From: a virus
DNA length: 64,000 nt
Direction: 5' to 3' (one strand)
Virus record (IMG/VR): IMGVR_UViG_3300009370_000003
Below the pieces are notes generated by a model that saw only the letters and a list, made by a program, of their open reading frames with translations, made no database searches and was not told the DNA's origin. How positions within the stretch are numbered: position 1 is the first letter of the stretch; each line of letters begins with the position of its first letter. Of the stretch, positions 26,747-37,176 are shown one piece after another. The position numbers and the translations under genes were made by a program.

Positions 26747-29009
26747 TGAATGGGTCTCTAGGTAAATCTTCTAGAACCACATCTTCTACTTTACCGTCCA
26801 TGGTGTTTTGGTAATAAGATGTTTTCCACCCATACTTATATGTAGTCAATAAATCTTTTGCCATAATAGATATTGGCACTTCATGATTATCATAGTTTTC
26901 GGGATTATATGACCAGTTTCCGCTGATTGCTTGGTCAAAGAACTTTTGCATGATTGCAACTACTTTTATATAACCATCATTATCTTCCATGTCCCACAAC
27001 AATGTATAAAAGTTTTTTAACATTGAATACTGAGGGACAACTTGTTTAAGGGTTCCTTTTTTACTCTTCTTAACAGACAAGTGGTCTCTAGGTGGTTCTA
27101 CACCATTCGTTGCATTAGAAACGACGCTAGAACTCTCTGACGGCATTTGTGCAGTCAAGGTTGAGTGTCTTACACCATGTTCTTTTATGTCTTTTCTTAA
27201 GGTTTCCCAGTCCATATTGTATACTGGTTTAACTAACTCGTCTACCTCTTGTTTGTATGTGTCTATTGGTAATAGACTGTCTGCATACTTGGTTCTATGG
27301 AAGTATTCACATGCACCTTTCTCTTGTGCAAGTTGATTGCTTGCTTTTAGAAGATAGAATTGGAACCGCTCTGTTAGTTCATGCACCAGTTTTAATGCTT
27401 CGGGGTCGTTATATTTAACCTTGTTTTTTGCAAGGTAATGTGCCAGTCCAATGTATCCTATACCAAGACTTCGTCTTGCTTTAGTAGATACTTCTGCAGC
27501 TATAACTGGATACTCTTGAAAGTCTATCAGTTCTTCAAGTCCTCTCACTGCTAAGTCACAAAGAGATTCCAGTTCTTCTTCTTTAACAATACCCACATTA
27601 ATTGCACTTAATATACACAATGCAATTTCACCTTCTCCTTCTATATTTTGGATAGGGTCTGTGGGTAATGTTATCTCTTGACAAAGATTACTCATGTTTA
27701 CTTTGTCTTTAAAACTACTGTGTGTATTACAGTGGTCTATATTCATAATGTAAATACGGCCAGTCTCTGCTCGTTCTTTTAATAAATCTGTTATGAGTTC
27801 TCTTGCACTAACCTTTTTCTGTGGGATAGAATATGCTCTCTCATACTTTTCATACAATTTGTCAAACTCTTCTGTCCCAAATGCTTCGTATAAGCCGGGC
27901 ACTTCATGAGGTGAGAATAAAGTAATGTCTTCATTCTTTAAGAACCTTTCATAGAAGAGCTTACTGAATTGAATCGAGTAATCAAGTTTCCTAACACGGT
28001 TGTCTTCCGTGCCTTTGTTGTTCTTAAGGACAATAATGTCTTCAATCTCTTGGTGCCAGATTGGGAAGTGGACAGTTGCCGATCCACCTCTAACACCATT
28101 CTGTGTGCAACATCTAACTGTGCTCTCAAATTTTTTAAGGAAAGGGATAAGTCCTGTATGTTGGACTTCTCCACCTCTAATTTTGCTACCAATTCCTCGA
28201 ATTCTTCCTGCGTTAATTCCGATACCCGCTCTCTGCGCAACATATTTTCCAATGGCATGGTCACTTGAGAAGATACTGTCGAGAGTATCGTCTGAATCGA
28301 CAAGTACGCAGCTCGCAAATTGTCTAAGTGGTGTTCTAACTCCTGCCATAATTGGCGTCGGTATGTTAATTTTGAATTGACTGATCGCATCATAGTATCT
28401 TTTGACATAATCTAATCTTACCTCTTTGTCATAATTTTGAAATAGAGTCATTGCAATTAGCATATACATAAACTGTGGAGTCTCATAAACTTCTGCAGTT
28501 GACCTATCTTGAACCAAATACTTGTCTACTATCTGTTGAAGACCAGCATATGTAAAAGTTAAATCTCGTGCATGTTTAATATATGTGTTGCACTTCTCTA
28601 TCTCTTCTTTTGTGTATTGATCTAATATATCTTTATCATATACACCCCATTCTATATTTCTCTGTATTATTTCATACAGTGGTGGATAGATTGTATTATC
28701 TTTCCACTTCGTATTAAACACCTGCTTTTGTATTGCAAACAATAAGAGTCTTGCAGCTACAAATTGATAGTTAGGATTGTCTAATGTTATTAAGTCATGT
28801 GCTGACTTAATTAAAATCTGTTGAATTTCTTTTGTGGTTATTCCTTCATAGAATTGAAGACCACTATTCATTTCTATCATTGACTCACTGACACCTGTGA
28901 TGTGTCTACATGATTTTTCCACCATTACATGAATTTTATCTAAATTTATTGATACTTTTGACCCGTCTGCTTTGACAACCTTTATTCCACCATTCCCGTT
29001 ATAACTCAT
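26706..29009 (-). CDS. nrdA: ribonucleotide reductase class Ia alpha subunit
   Basis: ATP cone, TPIMAG, QFASC, SNLCQEI, MPSESSS and C-terminal CDAC. Confidence 0.98.
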   Translation of the reverse strand: MSYNGNGGIKVVKADGSKVSINLDKIHVMVEKSCRHITGVSESMIEMNSGLQFYEGITTKEIQQILIKSAHDLITLDNPNYQFVAARLLLFAIQKQVFNTKWKDNTIYPPLYEIIQRNIEWGVYDKDILDQYTKEEIEKCNTYIKHARDLTFTYAGLQQIVDKYLVQDRSTAEVYETPQFMYMLIAMTLFQNYDKEVRLDYVKRYYDAISQFKINIPTPIMAGVRTPLRQFASCVLVDSDDTLDSIFSSDHAIGKYVAQRAGIGINAGRIRGIGSKIRGGEVQHTGLIPFLKKFESTVRCCTQNGVRGGSATVHFPIWHQEIEDIIVLKNNKGTEDNRVRKLDYSIQFSKLFYERFLKNEDITLFSPHEVPGLYEAFGTEEFDKLYEKYERAYSIPQKKVSARELITDLLKERAETGRIYIMNIDHCNTHSSFKDKVNMSNLCQEITLPTDPIQNIEGEGEIALCILSAINVGIVKEEELESLCDLAVRGLEELIDFQEYPVIAAEVSTKARRSLGIGYIGLAHYLAKNKVKYNDPEALKLVHELTERFQFYLLKASNQLAQEKGACEYFHRTKYADSLLPIDTYKQEVDELVKPVYNMDWETLRKDIKEHGVRHSTLTAQMPSESSSVVSNATNGVEPPRDHLSVKKSKKGTLKQVVPQYSMLKNFYTLLWDMEDNDGYIKVVAIMQKFFDQAISGNWSYNPENYDNHEVPISIMAKDLLTTYKYGWKTSYYQNTMDGKVEDVVLEDLPRDPFNEESEEDCDACSI

Positions 29010-30031
29010 GTTTTCTTATACTCCGTAAGTTTTGCTTTTGCTGAGAGGCCGTTGTAAGTATTCGAAGTAATTATTTCAACTACATCATCTGTTGTCAATC
29101 CACCTTGAATCATGTCATTGATATCTTTAAATTCAGATACCCGTCTATCATTCCAAATACAGACATTCCAACCGAGGTTAATAACTTCCTCTAGTTTTTT
29201 AATTATCTCTGTATTTCTTGGTTCGTTATCATAAATGATTATTGCGTTGTCTTTAAATTTAATATCTAATTTCTTAAAGTCACTACCACCAACTGCAATA
29301 CTGTTGGGAAGGAATAAACTATCTATTGGCCCCTCTGTTACAAAGATAGTTTTTGAGTTGTCCACATTATTAATGTTATAGATGAGTGGAACATCATCTA
29401 CGAATCTCATGGTTAAGTATCGTAATGGCGAGTCATTAATAGCACGACCACTTACACCAATCAAATCACCTTTAGTATCATAGAAAGGTATGACTATGCG
29501 TGGGTCGTTTCCTAAAACTCTATCTTTATACTTTTCAGATAAGTTTCCAAGAGTTTGAGCTTGTCTAACGAACCACAATTTTTTGATTTCTTCCGTAGGA
29601 ATTTTCCTAGATTCAAGGTATTCCCTAGACTCGTGGTTTTCGATTGCACGAAAACACAATGCGGTTAAATCAACTTCCTTCATATTTAGAAGTTCTTTTC
29701 GCGGAGTAAACTTGAAATCGTTAGAACTTCTTGTCTTTTTTGCTCTTGGAGTTTTACCACTTTCTTTTAACCATTCTTTAATGTATTCTTTGTGAATAAC
29801 GGGAAAATGGTCTTTGAGAAAGTTCACACTTGAGGTAGATTTACCACAATTATGACACTTGTATATGAAGTTTTGTTCCACGGTAAAGTGGAATCCCCGA
29901 GCCTTGTATTGATTCTTCTGTGAATCTCCACAATAAGGACAACGGTGATTTAATGTGTTCTCATTCTTCCACTTCGCCTGATCCAGTGAGGATAGGACTT
30001 GGGAAAGATACTTTCTTTCCAACCATAGCAT
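29006..30031 (-). CDS. DNA primase (T4 gp61)
   Basis: RCPYCGDS, KCHNC, EGPIDSLF, DNEPRN and KDIND. Confidence 0.95.
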   Translation of the reverse strand: MLWLERKYLSQVLSSLDQAKWKNENTLNHRCPYCGDSQKNQYKARGFHFTVEQNFIYKCHNCGKSTSSVNFLKDHFPVIHKEYIKEWLKESGKTPRAKKTRSSNDFKFTPRKELLNMKEVDLTALCFRAIENHESREYLESRKIPTEEIKKLWFVRQAQTLGNLSEKYKDRVLGNDPRIVIPFYDTKGDLIGVSGRAINDSPLRYLTMRFVDDVPLIYNINNVDNSKTIFVTEGPIDSLFLPNSIAVGGSDFKKLDIKFKDNAIIIYDNEPRNTEIIKKLEEVINLGWNVCIWNDRRVSEFKDINDMIQGGLTTDDVVEIITSNTYNGLSAKAKLTEYKKT

Positions 30032-30038
30032 ATATAAT

Positions 30039-30067
30039 ATTATACTATAAAAGGGTGGTTTCTACAA
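30039..30067 (-). promoter_or_regulatory. promoter of the primase-nrd operon
   Basis: TTGTAG-N17-TATAAT, preceded by AAAACCACC. Confidence 0.6.
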
Positions 30068-31246
30068 GGTGGTTTTCCTGATATCGTCCATTTTCTTTTT
30101 CGGCACCTGTAGTATATATCGTTGTTCTACTACCTTGGGCTTTTCCTCTTCTACCCTACGAGCAATTAACCCAACAGAAGTGATTAGAAGAAGTATTGCC
30201 AGTGGGTCAAATACGAATATCAGAGCAAAAATGACAGCCCTAATGGCATTGTCAAGATACTTGACACTCTCGTCTTGACCGTATATTACTTCTGCAATAT
30301 ACTTGATTGGGCCTACTTCCCTTTCAAATCCTAGTATTTCTTGGTCAAATACAAACTTTTCTTCCTTTAATTCTTCTATTGTATCATATATCTCATCGAT
30401 TTGTCCAGTGTATTCTTCTGTGTCTGCAATTATATTATCTTGTGAATCTGTATTTTGTGTCTGCAGTCTTCTAATTTCTGCATTTGCTTCGTTGATAATC
30501 GTCTGTGCTTGAGCTCTATAATTATCAATGTTATCCTGTTGTTTGCTTATATCACTTGCAATTCGTTCTCGTTGGTCTCTTTGTTGTTCAAACAATTCGT
30601 TTGCCTGTGCAATATAATCAATCTTCTCTACCTCTCCAGCATCGAATATAGTAGCTTCCTCTAGTCTTATTATTTCAACACCTTTGTTTCTTAATTCATT
30701 TACGGCAGCGTCTAAGATAGTCAGCTGACTTCTAATACTTGTTATGTTTCCTTCTGCATACTCAATATCACCCTGAACTCTCTCCCATGCACCATCTCTT
30801 ATGGCTATTTGAGCATTAACTGCGTCTGTTATATCATATTGTCCTGTCCCTAGAGATTCTATCCTGTTCTCTAGCGTGAGAATCTTATTTTCTTCTCGCT
30901 GAATAATGTTTTCTATTCGGGTAATCTCTGACTGTGCAACACCAGTTGCATATGAAGTGTCTGAACTAGCTTTGGCAAGGTATCCAAAAATACCTAATGA
31001 GGTGATTAACATGAGAACAAACACGGAGAGTGCAAGGTAGTATTTCATGAAACCTAACCTGTCCCATACTAAGTGTAAGTATGCAGCGGTGACTATCTTT
31101 CCAAATTCTAGAACAGATGCCATGACTACGACACCAAGATATGCTCCAGCAAATATGGTTGCGAGACCAAGAATACTAAAGTATGCAGCGATGCCTGCAA
31201 TGCTTAGGCTTGTGAATAGTGCTAACAGATTCAATAATTTCATCAT
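30062..31246 (-). CDS. membrane protein with a long coiled coil
   Basis: N-terminal TMs (AAYFS..GL..IF, LE.GK, ITSLGIFGYL); C-terminal EVGPIKYIA and FDPLA. Confidence 0.8.
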   Translation of the reverse strand: MMKLLNLLALFTSLSIAGIAAYFSILGLATIFAGAYLGVVVMASVLEFGKIVTAAYLHLVWDRLGFMKYYLALSVFVLMLITSLGIFGYLAKASSDTSYATGVAQSEITRIENIIQREENKILTLENRIESLGTGQYDITDAVNAQIAIRDGAWERVQGDIEYAEGNITSIRSQLTILDAAVNELRNKGVEIIRLEEATIFDAGEVEKIDYIAQANELFEQQRDQRERIASDISKQQDNIDNYRAQAQTIINEANAEIRRLQTQNTDSQDNIIADTEEYTGQIDEIYDTIEELKEEKFVFDQEILGFEREVGPIKYIAEVIYGQDESVKYLDNAIRAVIFALIFVFDPLAILLLITSVGLIARRVEEEKPKVVEQRYILQVPKKKMDDIRKTTL

Positions 31247-31280
31247 AAATTATGTTAGTTCTATGACATAGAGTTTCTCA

Positions 31281-31853
31281 TTAATATACATCTTCTGCAC
31301 TCACAAAGACTCTGTTTGTTCCAACAAACCCTTCGTAAACAGAAATACCAAATACTTTAGTGACTTCACCTTTAATTTCTACTGCTGTTTTAGGTTTGTA
31401 TAATGTTTCATCAAATTCATTCTTGAAACGGAGTCTATATGTCCCCTTGTGTAGGTTAGGTAAATCTAATGTCTCTGTAATAAGTTCAGGATTAAAGTTA
31501 TCACTCTCCTTTAAATATCTGTAGAACTTTTCATAAAGTTCTTCAGCTTGTTCGTCAGAAAGTTCACAATGTTCCTTAAGTAATGCAAGTGCTACAGCGT
31601 ATGAAGCAAACTGTGTTTTACCGAATGGAACTTTGTTGATAATCCTTTTTAAATTGAAAACTAATCTATGCAACATAGTAAGAGAGCTCTTTTCTATCTT
31701 AGTCTTTGGAACATTCTTTGTCCCGTCTGCAAGTGTCTTAATTCTCTTTCCTTTTGCGTCAATAAACCCAAGTTGGTATGCCTTTTGTTTATTCCAAGGT
31801 GTTACCAATAATTTGAGTATGCGAAAGACTATTAGTGTATCTATAATTCTCAT
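31281..31853 (-). CDS. conserved T4-like late hypothetical protein
   Basis: AYQLGFID..G and HRLVFNLKR motifs; late promoter upstream. Confidence 0.75.
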   Translation of the reverse strand: MRIIDTLIVFRILKLLVTPWNKQKAYQLGFIDAKGKRIKTLADGTKNVPKTKIEKSSLTMLHRLVFNLKRIINKVPFGKTQFASYAVALALLKEHCELSDEQAEELYEKFYRYLKESDNFNPELITETLDLPNLHKGTYRLRFKNEFDETLYKPKTAVEIKGEVTKVFGISVYEGFVGTNRVFVSAEDVY

Positions 31854-31871
31854 ACAACTATTTAGGTATTT

Positions 31872-32243
31872 TTAGAGTTCTCTTAATCGAGATGCTAGAG
31901 GTTCGTCTATTTTTATATCAGTTTTCCATGATTCATCTATATACCCTAGGTATAATAACATGGTCTTTATTGAAGTCCAATATTTGTCGTCTTTGATTTT
32001 AAAGTCTAGCATTCTCATGCATGGATCATAGCCAAATACATTAAAGAGACAAATAAGGTGGTTTAACATGAGTCTTTCTCTCATTTCACCATTAGTATGA
32101 TAACGGTGTAGTAATCGTTTGAGATATCTGAACCTTCTTAAGTCTTCTTGGAAGTCCTCAACCGACTCACATTGTGGGTCGTCATAATGCTTCATTGCAT
32201 ATGCTTGAAAGTTCTTTGCAGTGATTTTGTCAAATAGACTCAT
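31872..32243 (-). CDS. conserved T4-like hypothetical protein
   Basis: A.KHYD.PQC...F.EDL.RF.YLKRL...RL.LNH. Confidence 0.8.
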   Translation of the reverse strand: MSLFDKITAKNFQAYAMKHYDDPQCESVEDFQEDLRRFRYLKRLLHRYHTNGEMRERLMLNHLICLFNVFGYDPCMRMLDFKIKDDKYWTSIKTMLLYLGYIDESWKTDIKIDEPLASRLREL

Positions 32244-32259
32244 AATATATTAATATTTA

Positions 32260-32402
32260 GACACCCCGAAGGGATAAGATATACGACCTCTGACTTGGCC
32301 TTCACTATTAAGAAGTAGGGCCGTATCTCTACGGGACTCCTCTCTTCCCTAATTATCTCTTGGTATTAGTCTCACCCTTTCTTCAAAGTGGGTTTAGACT
32401 AA
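32260..32402 (-). ncRNA. candidate structured intergenic RNA
   Basis: GC-richer gap with CCGTA-GAGA-TACGG and CCC-TTCG-GGG tetraloop hairpins and TTAGTCT/AGACTAA pairing. Confidence 0.35.
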
Positions 32403-32816
32403 TGAGCCGTATACCTTATAGCAACCATTTTCTAGTTGCTCGTATCTCACATGAAGTGAGACAACCTTCTCTTCCTTTTCGATTTCATCGATTTCTGAGT
32501 CAACAGTTTTACCGATAATCTCTCCATATCTAGAGAAGTTTAAATCGAACTCACCTGATTCGGTGAATTCTAACTCGGCATCTGCAGACTGCCGATTTAA
32601 ACCTAATTGACTAAGTTTTGCAGCCATTTGTTCAACTGCTGCTTGTGGGTTCATGTATTCTGATACTGCAGTATGTCCCAATATTGCATTAACCTTAGCC
32701 TTGACATCTGCATCATCGATGTCGTGAGGAATTTGCTCTGAACTTAGTCCAGCTGTGTCATGGTAATCCGAAGAACCATGCATTTCACTAATAAATGTTT
32801 TAAATGATTTTGTCAT
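32394..32816 (-). CDS. putative virion/internal head protein
   Basis: MTKSFKTFISE N-terminus. Confidence 0.6.
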   Translation of the reverse strand: MTKSFKTFISEMHGSSDYHDTAGLSSEQIPHDIDDADVKAKVNAILGHTAVSEYMNPQAAVEQMAAKLSQLGLNRQSADAELEFTESGEFDLNFSRYGEIIGKTVDSEIDEIEKEEKVVSLHVRYEQLENGCYKVYGSLV

Positions 32817-32820
32817 AACC

Positions 32821-33084
32821 TTACTCTATGTTTGCGACACCTACTCCTAAAACTTCTGCGTTAGCTGCAAAGATTTCATCTGATTGGGTTTTCCCAACAA
32901 TCTCAACAGCACCACTCTTTAGAGTAAATGTTCCGATTAATACACCTGCTGAGGTTTCTACTGATATTAATCTATCAGTTGTTCCACTGTTGCACAGCCT
33001 AACCGCGGTAGATTTACCGAAGTTTGAGCCGTTCGTTGTGGAAGTTCCACATGCAGCTTCTGTGCCTAAAACTTTAACTTTCAT
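32821..33084 (-). CDS. small putative virion protein
   Basis: beta-rich and small-residue-rich; in a late operon. Confidence 0.55.
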   Translation of the reverse strand: MKVKVLGTEAACGTSTTNGSNFGKSTAVRLCNSGTTDRLISVETSAGVLIGTFTLKSGAVEIVGKTQSDEIFAANAEVLGVGVANIE

Positions 33085-33098
33085 GATTTAACTTCCTA

Positions 33099-33677
33099 TT
33101 ATGCTACTACTGTAATTGTTCCAGCAGTTGTTCCGATTCCAGCAGAAGAAGTAATGGTTGCGTTTCCACCACCAACTGTATCTACTATTGTTGAACCACC
33201 TGCGTGAGCTACAGCATTTGCACCAAAACTCAATACATCATCAGCATTAGTCGCAGCGTTTGCAGCTCCGATTGCTAATGAGAAAGTGAGTTGGTTAGTT
33301 GTTGAACCTGAAGCGTATACTAATACATGTGGGCCTCTACCTGATCCACTACCTTGGTTTCCGTTAGTAACGGATAAAGTAGGTGAACCTGTAACGGTAA
33401 CAGCTTCGTTATAACTTACTGTTGCAGATAATGTTCCACCAGCACTCTTATCGAATTCTGTTGATACCCAATCTATAGCAGTAATGTCTGCTTGGCCAAT
33501 ATCTGTTGCAAGACCAGTATTACTTCCGACTGCTACTAAAAGTTCCTCTTGGGTTCTAGACCCTACAACTTTTCTTAGCACCCAACCGGCTGCACTTGCA
33601 AATGTATTAGATTTATCTGTTGCTGATAAGTATTTTGGTTTTGCTTCATCAGCGTCTGATACTCCCCATAATGCCAT
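33099..33677 (-). CDS. putative virion structural protein (Ig-like C-terminus)
   Basis: MALWG..D..KPKYL...GWV...E.LVA; YNEAVTVTGSPTL...YASGS.T..LTF. Confidence 0.7.
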   Translation of the reverse strand: MALWGVSDADEAKPKYLSATDKSNTFASAAGWVLRKVVGSRTQEELLVAVGSNTGLATDIGQADITAIDWVSTEFDKSAGGTLSATVSYNEAVTVTGSPTLSVTNGNQGSGSGRGPHVLVYASGSTTNQLTFSLAIGAANAATNADDVLSFGANAVAHAGGSTIVDTVGGGNATITSSAGIGTTAGTITVVA

Positions 33678-33692
33678 TTTATTTTCCTCTCT

Positions 33693-34268
33693 TTATGATG
33701 CGACTTTTAAAATATCTTTAAAAGTCTTTTTAAATGATTTTGCGTCTTTTTGCAATAGTCTAGTGTATTTATCACGAATGGGAGCCTTAAGAGTCATTAA
33801 AGCGTCATGAACTTTGATTGCATCTTTATATTTGACTTTAATCTTTTTCATGTCGTCTGTTCTGACTTCATCATTCCTTTTCGTGTCAGTAAACTTCCTT
33901 AATTGCATTAACATGTTTGCATCAGGTCTTAATTGCATTCCCTGTGCTTTACTGTTAAATGCATCGATAGCTCTATCTATTACTTCGTCTTCTTGAGCTT
34001 CAGAATATTTATTTCCTCCACCCATATTAGCAATTTTATCTATCTTTGCAAGAAGGTCTTTCTCGTTCTTTGCCTTTGCAACTGCTCGGGCAATCTTCTT
34101 ATTACCAGCATCGGACATCATTCCGAAGTCTGCAGTCTTTTCCATAACTGCATTGACTAACTTAGCGTCCTTTACATAACCTAACTTCTTTAACTTTTCC
34201 TTAAAGAGCTTAGTTCTAGCGTCTGTAGTAAGAATTTTTTGAACTTCTGCTGCCGTCAACTTATCCAT
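33693..34268 (-). CDS. K/D/E-rich putative internal head protein
   Basis: composition; N.LMQLRK motif; late cluster. Confidence 0.55.
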   Translation of the reverse strand: MDKLTAAEVQKILTTDARTKLFKEKLKKLGYVKDAKLVNAVMEKTADFGMMSDAGNKKIARAVAKAKNEKDLLAKIDKIANMGGGNKYSEAQEDEVIDRAIDAFNSKAQGMQLRPDANMLMQLRKFTDTKRNDEVRTDDMKKIKVKYKDAIKVHDALMTLKAPIRDKYTRLLQKDAKSFKKTFKDILKVAS

Positions 34269-34277
34269 GGTAGTTCC

Positions 34278-36071
34278 CTACTTGTATAAGTGTCCACCGT
34301 GATATGCACGAGGATATTTAGCAACATAGTCTATGTATCTTTGGTCTGTGACATTACCTCTTGCCCCTTTTGCTGGTGCTTTCCAGCCGGCTGGTTTAAA
34401 TATGTCACCTGTTTCTATTTCTATAAATGCATGGATAGAACCTGCTCTGCCCATTTCATGTTCTTCAACACGGTAATATTTACTAGCCTTTCTGGCTACT
34501 ATTTTGGTTCCTCTTTCTTTATGCATCTTTGCAAACTCACCACTGTTGATCTGTTTGTTAATGGCATCTTCATACTTCTTAACACCATCTTCAATAGAAT
34601 GGTCAGATTGCACTCCACCAGTCATTGTTGATGGTAATACTGGTGCTTCTTGGATACTCTGTATGGGTTTTTCCTCCCCAGCTTTCCAACTCTCTTCCTG
34701 TAAACTCATATTTCTGAAAGAATCCATAACATTTAACTGTTCTTGGTAAGGATAGCCCTTTTTCTTAAGTGGATTTTGGAATTTCTTTGCACCTAATGAA
34801 TCGTCGCCTTCACTAATTGATTCTTCTTTAAATAAAGCACCGATATCTCCGCCTGAAACATAATCTGGCAACATTTTTTCTAAATCATTATGAGTGACTT
34901 TTTTCATCTTCTTAACTTTAGAAGCAAACCCTTTCATTGTTTTGGACTTCATCATCTTCTTAGCAATGTCTTGGCCATTATGAGGTGTGTCCATAGGGTC
35001 TTTCTTCTCAACGACTTTTCTTTGGTCTTTTTCTGCAACTCTTCGTCTTGCACCGTCTTTAGATATCCACTCGTTTTGTTCGTCTTCCTCTTTCATGCCC
35101 ATAACTTTATGTGCAAGTTTAACTAGAGTTTCTAGAGGTGCCTTTTCGATTTTCTTTTTGTTTGAATCGTTGACTTTATCGTATGCTTTTACTACAACAC
35201 TTGCAGTAAACATGTCAACCATGGTTCCTTTAATCTTTTGTGCTTGTTTGTTTTTAACTATGTCTTGCATTACTGCAAATGCAGAAGCTTCCATTAAAGT
35301 TTTTCCGTCACCATAATCAAAACTGTTGTATTGAATCAATGATAACTTAGGCATATTCATTAGTCTTCTTCCAGTAGACATTATCTTTCTCATACTATTG
35401 AGAACTTTATCAACATCTTTTTCTTTACCAACTACTATGAATGAGTCATTACCAACTATTCCACCATGTTTCATTGGGCCATTATATCCTAATAGTCCTT
35501 TCTTTGCAGCTGCCTTTAACATTTTCTCTGCTTTTTCAGGGTCAGAAGAATTGAATTGAATCTTAACTAATTGGTCTAGGAAAGGTTCTGCTCCTTCGGG
35601 AAGGGTATTATCTAACCACTGGTCAAATTCATCAGGGTCGTCTGTTTTGATTTCACCATTTTTGATTGCCCAGTATGCAAATGCCATTGCAGCGTCTTGT
35701 GATAGACCTTTATTGTTGTTGTAATTCTTAATATCCTTTTTAAACATTTGGAATAATTGTTTGAGGGATTTTCCTTCATTGATTTCATAAGATTCGTTTG
35801 CATACTTCAATGCAAATTTAACTTCTTTGGAGTTTCTTACCTTTTTTCCGTAGAACTTTTGAATTTCTTTTCCAGCGACATCCATTGCTCCACCAAGGTC
35901 TAATGCAACCTCGACAGCCTTTCTAATTTCAGGGTCTTTAACTTTGTATTTACGGAAATATGCAGAAACTTCTTTACCCGAGAGTTTTGATTTACCCATA
36001 GGCCCTAGAGCATCGACTTTACCGTCTTTGTCTAGAATTTTTCTTTCTTTTAGGTCTTGCCAGATATTCAT
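34278..36071 (-). CDS. modular putative internal head (poly)protein
   Basis: short domains separated by xxE linkers; VDMFTAS module and HAFI...GDIFKPAGWKAPAKGARGN module. Confidence 0.6.
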   Translation of the reverse strand: MNIWQDLKERKILDKDGKVDALGPMGKSKLSGKEVSAYFRKYKVKDPEIRKAVEVALDLGGAMDVAGKEIQKFYGKKVRNSKEVKFALKYANESYEINEGKSLKQLFQMFKKDIKNYNNNKGLSQDAAMAFAYWAIKNGEIKTDDPDEFDQWLDNTLPEGAEPFLDQLVKIQFNSSDPEKAEKMLKAAAKKGLLGYNGPMKHGGIVGNDSFIVVGKEKDVDKVLNSMRKIMSTGRRLMNMPKLSLIQYNSFDYGDGKTLMEASAFAVMQDIVKNKQAQKIKGTMVDMFTASVVVKAYDKVNDSNKKKIEKAPLETLVKLAHKVMGMKEEDEQNEWISKDGARRRVAEKDQRKVVEKKDPMDTPHNGQDIAKKMMKSKTMKGFASKVKKMKKVTHNDLEKMLPDYVSGGDIGALFKEESISEGDDSLGAKKFQNPLKKKGYPYQEQLNVMDSFRNMSLQEESWKAGEEKPIQSIQEAPVLPSTMTGGVQSDHSIEDGVKKYEDAINKQINSGEFAKMHKERGTKIVARKASKYYRVEEHEMGRAGSIHAFIEIETGDIFKPAGWKAPAKGARGNVTDQRYIDYVAKYPRAYHGGHLYK

Positions 36072-36080
36072 AGGGGTCTC

Positions 36081-36740
36081 CTAGTATCCGAACATCATAT
36101 CGAATAGTTCAGGGTCATGTTTGTCTATGATTTGACCAATTTCTTCTCTAGGCATTGTTTCCATACCCATGAATAATTTGTCCATCAATTTGATAGACCT
36201 CTTACTAAGGATTTCCATGTCATCATACATTTCTGTCTCGATGCCTTTCTTGAATTCCTTAATAAATTGTTCGATCTCTTTAGTATCAAACCCTTCTTTC
36301 TTCTCTCTCTTTAAGATTTTGGTAGTATCTTGAACTATTTTATTTGCTTTCGGGGATTTGTATTTGCCTTTCTTAGCTTCATCTAAAGACTCGTCTTTTG
36401 TCCAATTCTTTTCAATGTAGTTATAGAATTCTTTTTCTTTATCACCTTTAAGTTCTGATGGAGAACTAACACCAAACTTTTTCAGTGCAGCTTTAAAGAA
36501 CTTTTGATATGCAGACTGGTCATCTTCTTCGATGCCCAATTTCTTCATTTCTTTTCCGATTTTCTTATCGATTTTTAGGACTGATGCAGAAGTAGGTTTT
36601 TGACCATCTCCTATTAGTCTAGCTTTTTGTAGTAATAGGTCTGAATATTTAAGGTATTTACCTTCATTCATTTCTTCTTGATATAGTAAGAGCTCCTTAA
36701 CGGAATCAACTAATCCAGCTGGTAAATCTTTTATACTCAT
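36081..36740 (-). CDS. putative internal head protein
   Basis: YQKFFKAALKKFGVSSPSEL...KEFYNYI module (gp68-like core motif); K/E-rich. Confidence 0.6.
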   Translation of the reverse strand: MSIKDLPAGLVDSVKELLLYQEEMNEGKYLKYSDLLLQKARLIGDGQKPTSASVLKIDKKIGKEMKKLGIEEDDQSAYQKFFKAALKKFGVSSPSELKGDKEKEFYNYIEKNWTKDESLDEAKKGKYKSPKANKIVQDTTKILKREKKEGFDTKEIEQFIKEFKKGIETEMYDDMEILSKRSIKLMDKLFMGMETMPREEIGQIIDKHDPELFDMMFGY

Positions 36741-37165
36741 TGTTGGAGTTCTCCTTTCTCAAAGTAGTTAAACATTTTCTGTTTACCTTCTTCATTGAGC
36801 TTTAATTGCTTTGCAAGACGGCCTAACATGTTTCTTTCTGTTAGTTTTTCGATAGTCTTTTCAACTGAAACTTTTTCTTCTTTTACTTGTTTATCAACAC
36901 CGTCTGAATCAGGGTCAATACCGTCTGAATCTTTGTCGATTTCTTCTTCAACAGACTCTTCTTGTGCTTCTGCAACGATTTCCTGACCACATGACTCACA
37001 TGTTTCGGGTTTTTCAGCTGCTTCAGCAAATGCAGTCTTTAACTCTTCTTCGATTTGATCGTTTAAAATATCGTCTGCACTTTTCTCTACTGAACCTTCT
37101 TTTAGTGCGACATGATTTCTAACTTGTGCTAGTTTATCTTTCCAGTTTTCTGATTTGAATGTCAT
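36737..37165 (-). CDS. acidic putative head core/internal protein
   Basis: TATAAATA at 37174-37181; E-rich; CESC. Confidence 0.55.
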   Translation of the reverse strand: MTFKSENWKDKLAQVRNHVALKEGSVEKSADDILNDQIEEELKTAFAEAAEKPETCESCGQEIVAEAQEESVEEEIDKDSDGIDPDSDGVDKQVKEEKVSVEKTIEKLTERNMLGRLAKQLKLNEEGKQKMFNYFEKGELQQ

Positions 37166-37176
37166 AACAGTATTAT

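Noticed and set aside
27938-28408. 156-aa alternative-frame ORF inside nrdA (also 35612-35803 and 43339-43665)
   Set aside because: They lie fully within conserved genes and have no recognisable motif or RBS.
32260-32402. Assignment as a cobalamin or glycine riboswitch, RNase P RNA or hammerhead ribozyme
   Set aside because: Only fragments match (AGGGAA, GAAGG, AAGTCAG, GAGGAGTCC). The T-loop, P4 partner and CUGAUGA cores are missing, so it is kept as an unclassified candidate.
36891-36935. 21-nt-period repeat (D.DSDG twice)
   Set aside because: It is a two-copy in-frame duplication in a low-complexity acidic linker.
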